A program made the translations under genes and the position numbers. A model generated the notes under the pieces. It did no database searches, had not been told where the DNA came from, and saw only the letters and a program-made list of their open reading frames with translations. Positions 44,900 through 51,555 of a stretch of DNA of 51,555 bases are shown piece by piece; the stretch's first letter is position 1; each line of letters begins with the position of its first letter. Source of the DNA: Planctomycetota bacterium (lineage in GTDB: Bacteria; Planctomycetota; Planctomycetia; Planctomycetales; Planctomycetaceae); the NCBI GenBank assembly GCA_043743415.1, contig JAYTWO010000074.1, forward strand, positions 1 through 51,555. The letters run 5' to 3'.

Positions 44900-45466
44900 A
44901 TGGCGGATCGCGACCAGAATTTGATGCAGCGAGTACAAGCGGGGGACCATGTCCCCTTCGCTGAGTTGGTGGACCGGTTTCGCCCTCGGCTGCTGCGGTT
45001 TGCGGAAAGTTCGTTGCGAGATCGGCAGTTGGCCGAGGATGTCGTCCAAGAGACCTTTCTGGCCGTGTTCCAAGCCCGCCAGACCTACGACCCCACGTTC
45101 GCGTTCAGCACCTGGGTCTGGACGATTTTACTGAATCTCGTGCGGCGCACTCGCGAGCGATTGGCCAAACGGCAGGTTCGCGAGGCGGCCTCCTTCGAGG
45201 TCCGCCCGACGCCGTCACTGAGCCACCCCGCCGAAGACCGCGAGCAACTGGACCACTGGTTGTCGCTGATCCCCGAGGCGGAAGCGGATGCCCTACGACT
45301 CCGATTTTTCGGCGATTTGAGCTACGACCAGATCGCCGCGTCGATGGAGAGCAGTGTCAGCGGGGCCAAGTTGCGGGTGCGGAATGGCCTGGAGCGGTTG
45401 TCCGAGTGGGCTGGTCGAGAAGCGGACGCTCCCCGAGCAGGGGCTTCATCCGGAGAGAAGTCATGA
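44900..45466 (+). CDS. ECF-type RNA polymerase sigma-70 factor
   Basis: I chose the ATG at 44900. Region 2 is DVVQETFLAVFQARQTYDP. Region 4 is LSYDQIAASMESSVSGAKLRVRNGLERL. Confidence 0.92.
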   Translation: MADRDQNLMQRVQAGDHVPFAELVDRFRPRLLRFAESSLRDRQLAEDVVQETFLAVFQARQTYDPTFAFSTWVWTILLNLVRRTRERLAKRQVREAASFEVRPTPSLSHPAEDREQLDHWLSLIPEAEADALRLRFFGDLSYDQIAASMESSVSGAKLRVRNGLERLSEWAGREADAPRAGASSGEKS

Positions 45467-45933
45467 ACTGTGATCAAGCGTTTGATGTGCTGACCGGCCC
45501 GCGTCGCGCGAGCGATCGGGAACTGCTGGTGCATCTGTCCGGATGCCCGCGTTGCTGTGAGATGCAGGCCACGCTGGAGCCCGCGCTGGGGATGTTCCAG
45601 GCCGACGCCAGTGCCTCACGCAACGTGAATCCCTGGGAGGTCGCATCCGAGGGAACTGAACTCGCCACGCAGGCCGCCCGGCGATTGACGGTCTCGACGC
45701 CGACCCTGCGTCGGGGGGGGAGCGGCCTCTGGAGTTACGCCGCAGCTGTGGTGCTGGGGGCTGGGCTGGTGTGGAGTACTTTCGCGCTGAATCCATCTTC
45801 GATTCTGAGTCCGGCGGTCCACCACTCGAAGACGGTCTGCCTGTACCGGGACGACTCACGTCCGACAGGCATAACGGGCCACCAGATGACGCAGTCCTGT
45901 CTGGCCTGCCACGCGGTGACGGATCGGCGGTAG
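45463..45933 (+). CDS. Anti-sigma factor candidate (zf-HC2-like N-terminus, one TM)
   Basis: ATGA overlap with the sigma gene stop. Cys/His cluster HLSGCPRCCEMQ. TM segment LWSYAAAVVLGAGLVWSTFAL. Confidence 0.75.
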   Translation: MNCDQAFDVLTGPRRASDRELLVHLSGCPRCCEMQATLEPALGMFQADASASRNVNPWEVASEGTELATQAARRLTVSTPTLRRGGSGLWSYAAAVVLGAGLVWSTFALNPSSILSPAVHHSKTVCLYRDDSRPTGITGHQMTQSCLACHAVTDRR

Positions 45934-46084
45934 CGCCGTAGCCACGTTCGCAAGAACGTGGGCTGCCGCAACCCGCGTTCGAACACAGAGGACGACTTCC
46001 GGTGGCGACCGGCCCCCCTTCGGAAGTCTGTCGACCCTCGCGAACGCCGAGACTGCTCGCCCACCTTCTGGCGAAGGTGGCTAC
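45934..46084. repeat. ~150-bp hairpin-ended element (family 2), copy 2, inverted relative to 6848-6995
   Basis: The ends CGCCGTAGCCACGTTCGCAAGAACGTGGG and TCGCCCACCTTCTGGCGAAGGTGGCTAC match the reverse complement of the copy-1 ends. The interior has diverged. It fills the convergent gap 45933/46108. Confidence 0.85.
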
Positions 46085-46107
46085 GGAGCGTGTTACCGGA
46101 TATCCAC

Positions 46108-47511
46108 TTATACCGGTGTTTCACTCTCCCCCTGCACATACGTCTGCCCCCGATAGAACGGCGACCAGACCAAATAGAGCAGCGCTGTGATCAGCATGCA
46201 AGCGGTAAAGAACCAGTAGTAGTTCGGGCCTTCGAACAGCTTCTTGGACTCCGCAGGCAGTGACGAGAGCCAGTGGTTGAACCCGGCGGTCATCACATTA
46301 CCCAGTGAGATCGACAGCAGAAGCAGCCCCATGATGAGCGACTTCATCTTCGGCGGGGCCTGGGTATACGAGAACTCAAGTGCGGTCCCATAGCAGATGA
46401 CCTCGGCAGCGGTGAGGACGAAGTAGGCGGCGAGCTGCCAGTAGAAGTGAACCGACTGCCCGGCTTGCAGCCAGATCTCATACACCGCCGTCATCGCGAA
46501 CGAGAGGGCGATGAGAAACAGCCCGGTCCCGATCTTCCGCAGCGGAGTGGCCGACTTGCCGAACAGGGGAAAGACAAAGATCGTGAAGACTGGAATCATG
46601 GCCATCACCAGGACTGGGTTAATCGCCTGAATCTGGCTTTCGTCGATCTGGATGAGTCCGAACAGAGGCACGCTAATCCAACGGTTCATTAAGTTCGCCT
46701 GGGCGATCCAACGCGACGAGGTCTGGTCATACAGCGAGAAGAACACTGCGATAAACAGGAACAGCGGGATCAATCCCACCAGCGCCCGCAATCCCGCCGG
46801 GCTGAAGGTCTCTTTGATCGATTCTGACCCGCCAGCGGGGATGTGGGCATAGCGATATCGTCCCAGCCAGAAGACCAGCGTGGCCAGCCCCATGAAGATG
46901 CCCGGGATGCCGAAAGCATAAGCCGGGCCAAACTTCGGATGGCTCAACAGCCACGGACAGAGCAGGGTGGAGAAGAACGAGCCGAAGTTGATCGAGAAGT
47001 AGAACCAGCCGAACACCTTTTGCAGGAGATCCTTATTCGTCGGGCCAAACTGGTCACCGACGTGAGCCGAGACACACGGCTTAATCCCTCCCGACCCCAG
47101 CGCGATCAGAAACAGCCCGCTGCCCAGCAGGATCTTCGGGTCAATCCCGGTGTGGGCATCGAGAAACGCCAGCACCAGATGCCCGGCACAATAGACCATC
47201 GACAGCGACATGATCGTCAGGTACTTCCCGAAGAACACATCGGCCACAATCGCCCCGAGGATTGGGAAGAAGTAGTTGGCCGCCTTGAACGTGTGGACCC
47301 AGGCGGTCGCCTCCTCCTTGGGCATGAGAGCACTCGCCCCACTGGCGTCCGTGATGTACTTGGTCATGAACGCGAACAAGATCGCACTCATTCCGTAGTA
47401 GCTGAACCGCTCCGCCGCTTCGTTCCCCACAATGAACGGAATCCCCGACGGCATGCCAGGGGTGACTTCCGGAACGGTGCGGTACTGGACAGGTGTGGCG
47501 GTGTCGGGCAT
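46108..47511 (-). CDS. POT/PTR2-family proton-dependent oligopeptide transporter (MFS)
   Basis: PTR2 signature GNEAAERFSYYGMSAILFAFM. About 14 TM helices. 467 aa. Confidence 0.92.
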   Translation of the reverse strand: MPDTATPVQYRTVPEVTPGMPSGIPFIVGNEAAERFSYYGMSAILFAFMTKYITDASGASALMPKEEATAWVHTFKAANYFFPILGAIVADVFFGKYLTIMSLSMVYCAGHLVLAFLDAHTGIDPKILLGSGLFLIALGSGGIKPCVSAHVGDQFGPTNKDLLQKVFGWFYFSINFGSFFSTLLCPWLLSHPKFGPAYAFGIPGIFMGLATLVFWLGRYRYAHIPAGGSESIKETFSPAGLRALVGLIPLFLFIAVFFSLYDQTSSRWIAQANLMNRWISVPLFGLIQIDESQIQAINPVLVMAMIPVFTIFVFPLFGKSATPLRKIGTGLFLIALSFAMTAVYEIWLQAGQSVHFYWQLAAYFVLTAAEVICYGTALEFSYTQAPPKMKSLIMGLLLLSISLGNVMTAGFNHWLSSLPAESKKLFEGPNYYWFFTACMLITALLYLVWSPFYRGQTYVQGESETPV

Positions 47512-47829
47512 GGACCGGCTTTCACTGTGAGTGCGGTGAGGCGTGCAGAGGGTTGCAGCCTAACGCCCGAGGGCGGAGGAGCGGAAGGGAAGAGGGCGCG
47601 GGCGGCTGTCCTGGAACGCCCGTGTGTGCTTCGTATAAGTCGGTGATTCGAAACAGGGCGAGCGGAGTGGCGTCAGCCCTCCGAGTGAGTGGCAGTCAAA
47701 CGTGGAACGCTCAGAACAGCTCAGCAATCCTTGCTGATGAGAGCGTCCAATCACTCTGAACAGGTCGAGCAAGACCGACAGCTCACACAACGACATGAAT
47801 CATGAATTTCTCATCTGACTCGCGGGAAA

Positions 47830-47860
47830 GACTCGGGGGGCTGACGCCACCCCGCTCGCC
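47830..47860. repeat. Intergenic copy of the 31-nt repeat GACTCGGGGGGCTGACGCCACCCCGCTCGCC
   Basis: 30/31 identical to 10131-10161. Confidence 0.8.
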
Positions 47861-47983
47861 AATTATTTCTCCGTGGTGAATCGGTTCGTCTAGCCGACAT
47901 TTGAGATACACACACGCTGTGACACCGCCATTCGATATACTGGAAGCAGTCGCCACCAGCGAATCCACCAGGAACCCCACCCC

Positions 47984-49186
47984 ATGCCGCGACAAGACGC
48001 ACTCATCATTGGCGGCGGCATAGTCGGCCTCGCGACGGCGCTGAAGCTGTTGGAACAGACTCCCGCGCTGAAGGTCACGCTCCTCGAAAAGGAAGCGAAA
48101 GTCGCGCAGCACCAGACGGGGCACAACTCGGGGGTGTTGCATTCCGGGATCTATTACCGACCGGGGACGCTGCGGGCGCAGAACTGTCGCGAGGGTCGGC
48201 TGGCAATGGTCGAGTTCTGCCGGGCCGAGGGGATCGCGTTTGATATCTGCGGCAAGGTCATCGTGGCGACCAGCGAGGCCGAGGTGCCACAGCTGCTCAA
48301 GATCTACGAACGCGGGATCGCCAACGGGGTGCGGTGCGAGTTGATCGATCTGCCACGATTACGGCAACTCGAACCGCACGTCAACGGGGTGCGGGCCTTG
48401 CATGTCCCCGAGGCGGGGATCGTCGACTACAAGCAGGTCGCCAGGCGTATGGCCGAGAAGATTCAGCAGGCAGGCGGCGAGGTACTCACCGGGGCCGAAG
48501 TCGTGGCCATCGAGCAGCGCAGCGACGAGGTGATGACTCGCGTCAAGGACGGGCGCGAGTTCACGTCGCGCGTGATTGTGACTTGTGGCGGCCTGCAAGC
48601 GGATCGCGTGGGGGAGCTGGCCGGGTGTCATCCGACAGCCTGCATCGTCCCGTTCCGGGGCGAGTATTTCACGCTGCGACCGGAGGCTCAACACCTGTGC
48701 CGCAATCTGATCTATCCGGTGCCCGACCCGGAGTTTCCGTTCCTGGGCGTCCACTTCACGCGGATGATCCACGGAGGCGTCGAGTGCGGACCAAACGCGG
48801 TGTTAGCCTTTCGCCGCGAGGGGTACAGCAAGTTCGACTTCTCGCTCGGCGACTTCACAGAGACACTGTGCAACGCGGGATTCCGCAAGCTGGCTTGGAA
48901 GCACTGGCGAGCCGGGGCCGCCGAGATGTGGCGGTCGTGGAACAAGTCCGCCTTCGTTGCGGCGTTGCAGAAGCTGATCCCAGCTGTACAGAGCGACATG
49001 CTCGACCCCGCTCCGGCAGGCGTGCGAGCCCAAGCCCTGACCCCGGATGGGGCGCTCGTCGATGACTTCCTAATCCTCGAAGGCCCGCGCGTCGTCTCCC
49101 TCCAGAACGCCCCCAGCCCGGCCGCGACTGCCTCGCTCAACATCGGGCGGTTGATTAGCGAGCGGGTCATGGCGAAGCTGGCGTGA
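47984..49186 (+). CDS. lhgO: L-2-hydroxyglutarate oxidase/dehydrogenase (FAD-dependent)
   Basis: N-terminal [18 protein letters not shown] fold, followed by [26 protein letters not shown], characteristic of LhgO/YgaF. Confidence 0.9.
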   Translation: MPRQDALIIGGGIVGLATALKLLEQTPALKVTLLEKEAKVAQHQTGHNSGVLHSGIYYRPGTLRAQNCREGRLAMVEFCRAEGIAFDICGKVIVATSEAEVPQLLKIYERGIANGVRCELIDLPRLRQLEPHVNGVRALHVPEAGIVDYKQVARRMAEKIQQAGGEVLTGAEVVAIEQRSDEVMTRVKDGREFTSRVIVTCGGLQADRVGELAGCHPTACIVPFRGEYFTLRPEAQHLCRNLIYPVPDPEFPFLGVHFTRMIHGGVECGPNAVLAFRREGYSKFDFSLGDFTETLCNAGFRKLAWKHWRAGAAEMWRSWNKSAFVAALQKLIPAVQSDMLDPAPAGVRAQALTPDGALVDDFLILEGPRVVSLQNAPSPAATASLNIGRLISERVMAKLA

Positions 49187-49266
49187 GGTTCCACAAGACA
49201 TTTAGCTCAATACTCCAAGAACAACACTTTGCGATGCCACTCGAAGGGCCGCATCAGTTTTCTCGT

Positions 49267-50325
49267 TCATGCAGTTTTGCGGGACAACAAATGCTTCCAT
49301 CGCTCGGCAAGTTCAAGCGTTCTGGACTTATTTCGCCACCAGTTGGATTTGGTTGATCGCGTCACACCTTCCGTCCGAAATATATCAAAAACAAACTTGT
49401 CTCCCTGAGCTGCAAGTAATGCGAAGTGCTTCGATGGCGAAATACCAGCTTGTGAGCAGTAGTTGATATAACCATCGAGCGTTTGGCGTTTCTTTGCCAC
49501 AAGACAAAGAGTGCCAGCTGAGACACATTTCGCTGCACCAACGTACTTCTCAGCAAACCCTCTCCATTGTGCTACACGATCTCTTGGAATGCTTGTCTTC
49601 AGCGGATGATTGACTGCGATTGAATGCACACACTGAAGCTGTGAAGCCAATTTAAGTCCATCATCGCCTTTCTTCTTCTCATTGATTGACAGTCCATGAG
49701 CGTGCAGCAGGCTTTCGAGAAATTCAGCTGCGGCTTCGACTTCTCGTTGGTTATCTCCACTCAATACGTGGTCGTCGGCTAATCGAGTGTACGAAATGTT
49801 CTGGCCGCAATGCTCGATCATCAAGAGGTCAAGATTCCAGAGAAACAGATTTAGAGCATCGCCGCTTGTCGGAGCCCCCTGTGGAATTCGCCCGAGACAA
49901 GTCAGGAGACCAGATAGTAATCTGGCGACATCAGGCCGGAAACCTCTCTTTTTGAGCGATTCACGAAGTGCTTCCGTTTTCACATTTGGGTAACACAATG
50001 AGATGTCTCTCGTGATCCGCACATTTCGGCCAAGGTGGCGATCAGCTGAGGTAAACGTTGACCTCTTCTTGACTCCGCCATGAGCTGCGGGACTATACCA
50101 TCCAGCTTTCTGAATGTACTGGTGCAGCCTTCTTAGCAGCCTCTTGAAAACCGGCTTCGGGACATCCAACTCGCGTTCCTTACCAGATTTTGTCAGGCGT
50201 ATCTCTGTCGGCTTGTACAGGCGAGATGTGTCACCCGCCATTGCAAACAGGTCACTGAGTGGTACACCGACAGCTTCGGCAATCTTACTGGGACTGACGA
50301 TTCGAAATTCAGTTGGGATCGCCAT
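49267..50325 (-). CDS. Reverse transcriptase, compact retron-like/unclassified bacterial RT (352 aa)
   Basis: RT motifs in order: KSGKERELDVPKPVFKRLLRRL (1), AHGGVKKRS (2), VRITRDISLCYPNV (A), RIPQGAPTSGDALNLFL (B), YTRLADDHVL (C, YxDD), GLSINEKKK (D), CVHSIAVN (E). About 100 aa thumb-like C-terminus. Confidence 0.9.
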   Translation of the reverse strand: MAIPTEFRIVSPSKIAEAVGVPLSDLFAMAGDTSRLYKPTEIRLTKSGKERELDVPKPVFKRLLRRLHQYIQKAGWYSPAAHGGVKKRSTFTSADRHLGRNVRITRDISLCYPNVKTEALRESLKKRGFRPDVARLLSGLLTCLGRIPQGAPTSGDALNLFLWNLDLLMIEHCGQNISYTRLADDHVLSGDNQREVEAAAEFLESLLHAHGLSINEKKKGDDGLKLASQLQCVHSIAVNHPLKTSIPRDRVAQWRGFAEKYVGAAKCVSAGTLCLVAKKRQTLDGYINYCSQAGISPSKHFALLAAQGDKFVFDIFRTEGVTRSTKSNWWRNKSRTLELAERWKHLLSRKTA

Positions 50326-50641
50326 TACAAGACTCCAGTTCCTCTTTCAGCGCATCCTGCATGCTCTTGAGTCTCTTGAGTGACTCTACGATTCTATTTG
50401 CCACAGAATCAGCGGACTGCATTGTGCCACCTGTTGGCTGCGAAACCAAGATCAACGCTTCAAAAGGCACTCGGAGTGCTGTGGCAAGTTCTCGCAATAC
50501 GGTCAATGAGGGCTGGCGACGACCCTGCTCGATCAAGGTCAGGAACGGCATGCTGATCTTTGCCGCAAACGCGACATCTTTCAGCTTAAGTTCCTTTGCC
50601 TCGCGAATCATTCGCAGGGTGTTGCCAACTTCTACAGTCAT
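50309..50641 (-). CDS. XRE-family helix-turn-helix protein
   Basis: HTH_3-like LKDVAFAAKISMPFLTLIEQGRRQPSLTVLRELATAL. I chose the ATG at 50641. The track start at 50662 is a GTG. Its stop overlaps the RT start by 17 nt. Confidence 0.85.
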   Translation of the reverse strand: MTVEVGNTLRMIREAKELKLKDVAFAAKISMPFLTLIEQGRRQPSLTVLRELATALRVPFEALILVSQPTGGTMQSADSVANRIVESLKRLKSMQDALKEELESCNGDPN

Positions 50642-50692
50642 GGCATGAAGCCTTGGTGACACTTTGTAAGGGTAATGGTCCTGCAGCCATCG

Positions 50693-51007
50693 CTATTCCG
50701 TCTTGGCTAGCATGCAATTCACTTCATGTTCCAGAATTGCGAGGAGAACCTCGACGCTGTCCATGATGATATTCGCATGCTCCGCGATACCCTTCCTGCC
50801 GCTCGCTGCCAGAGCAGCGATTGTGTCAGCGGAATTGATCGCGTCCTCGACCGACGCCTTGCCCATCCGAATCTCAAGTTCACCTCGACAGGAGCGAAGA
50901 AGACCGGCAATCTCAATTGCTTGGTCTTCAGCCTGCCGAAGCACAACTGAAGGTCGGGGAGGCTCGGCTTCCACACAGTCTTCCACATTGGTCCATGCCA
51001 TTGGCAT
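50693..51007 (-). CDS. Small acidic helical hypothetical protein (104 aa), first gene of the RT cassette
   Basis: I chose the ATG at 51007, preceded by AAGAGGAAT. No recognisable domain or TM segment. Same low-GC composition as the RT gene. Confidence 0.5.
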   Translation of the reverse strand: MPMAWTNVEDCVEAEPPRPSVVLRQAEDQAIEIAGLLRSCRGELEIRMGKASVEDAINSADTIAALAASGRKGIAEHANIIMDSVEVLLAILEHEVNCMLAKTE

Positions 51008-51080
51008 ATTCCTCTTGAAAGTAGTCGCGACAGGTTCGTGAGAGAGCACAAGCCCACCCACTAAGCGTCAAAATAGTCTC

Positions 51081-51108
51081 GATGTGACACGTTGAAGCGT
51101 GCCACATC
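51081..51108 (-). ncRNA. Stem-loop in the leader of the RT cassette (candidate ncRNA/attenuator element)
   Basis: The minus-strand RNA GAUGUGGCACG-CUUCAA-CGUGUCACAUC forms an 11-bp stem including one G-U pair. On the plus strand that pair is an A/C mismatch. It is followed by GAGACUAUUUUG. Confidence 0.35.
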
Positions 51109-51307
51109 ACCCCTGAAGCGCTCGCTAAACCAATGCAATGATTGGATGCGAGAATCGTCTGACGACGATCACGCCCCGGTCGATTTGACCGTTGCGGTAA
51201 GAGTGACGCGACTCTGTAAGGAAGCCGGATTCTGAAAGAACGTATGCCTCTTGGGCGAGGGAATGATACCAGAGTATTTCGAGCACACAAGCCAGTGGAT
51301 AATATAT

Positions 51308-51352
51308 TTACAAAAGACGCAAACGAGCCTCCGGCTCAGTGCCGGAGGCTCG
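51308..51352 (-). terminator. Intrinsic terminator of the right-hand flanking gene
   Basis: 12-bp perfect stem CGAGCCTCCGGC-TCAGT-GCCGGAGGCTCG (51324-51352). On the minus strand it is followed by TTTGCGTCTTTTG. It lies 26 nt after the TAG at 51378-51380. Confidence 0.75.
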
Positions 51353-51377
51353 CGGGGTGCTTGCTCTTGGCGACGTA

Positions 51378-51555
51378 CTACCGCGCGTGCGGCGGAGGGG
51401 GGTCGCTGTCGACGGGGGTTGGCTCGCGGTCGGGACCATCGTGGGGACGGTTGTCAGGAGCGTGGTGAGGCGCGGGGGGCGGAGCGTGGTGGGCCTCACC
51501 GCCGTGACAGTTGCAGCGCGGCTGCTCATTCCTCGGGTAGACGTGTCCGCAACCT
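51378..51555 (-). CDS. 3' end of a gene running off the window (His/Pro/Cys-rich C-terminus)
   Basis: An open frame from the window edge reads ...GCGHVYPRNEQPRCNCHGGEAHHAPPPAPHHAPDNRPHDGPDREPTPVDSDPPPPHAR*. Third codon positions are GC-rich and a terminator follows. It is not in the ORF track because it has no start inside the window. Confidence 0.35.
   Translation of the reverse strand, partial: GCGHVYPRNEQPRCNCHGGEAHHAPPPAPHHAPDNRPHDGPDREPTPVDSDPPPPHAR

Larger units (their letters stand above)
49187..51310. other. Low-GC genomic islet carrying the RT cassette
   Basis: Hand counts of 60-nt lines give 30/60, 30/60 and 26/60 G+C for 49261-49440, against 39/60 for 48961-49020 in lhgO. The islet is bounded by the lhgO stop and the terminator at 51308-51352. 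Confidence 0.6.

Noticed and set aside
47783-48142. 119-aa minus-strand ORF overlapping the lhgO start.
   Set aside because: It overlaps the well-supported lhgO N-terminus (FAD-binding fold) and includes the 31-nt repeat. It has no motifs.
49267-50325. The RT as part of a group II intron or a diversity-generating retroelement.
   Set aside because: There is no maturase/En domain and no intron-like structured flanks. Motif B is QGAPTS, not the DGR-type GxxxSQ. I found no template/variable repeat pair or Avd-like gene within the visible 2 kb.
51308-51529. 73-aa track ORF (MSSRAATVTAVRPTT...) at the right edge.
   Set aside because: It runs through the terminator hairpin and is a Pro/Thr/Arg-rich low-complexity sequence. 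The alternative frame ending at TAG 51378-51380, just upstream of the terminator, is more plausible.

Overview
This is a roughly 60-65% GC chromosomal window that looks like a Planctomycetota/PVC-type genome. Supporting signs are a PVC-style heme-binding CxxCH giant protein, a TAT-signal Gfo/Idh/MocA oxidoreductase, DUF58, several GT-C-like membrane glycosyltransferases, and many palindromic intergenic repeats. I support about 38 protein genes. Housekeeping genes include serS, nadC, uvrC, lhgO, a POT transporter and an ECF sigma/anti-sigma pair. Envelope and secretion genes include a TolC-like OMP, a HlyD-like adaptor and a PilM-PilN fusion next to a PilO-like/cadherin protein. There are two toxin-antitoxin-like pairs. 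I could not recognise any rRNA, tRNA or CRISPR array. The most interesting locus is a roughly 2.1 kb low-GC islet at the right end (about 49.19-51.31 kb). It carries a minus-strand cassette of a small ORF, an XRE-HTH protein and a 352-aa reverse transcriptase, preceded by a stem-loop-rich untranslated leader. The RT is retron-like in size and thumb region but has altered retron hallmark motifs and no recognisable effector partner, so it is a candidate uncharacterised RT-based (defence?) system. The window also holds at least six families of hairpin or MITE-like repeats (one with a copy inside a CDS), a heptanucleotide microsatellite, and a recurring ~30-nt motif of unknown function. All functional calls come from motif reading by eye. 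No database search was run.
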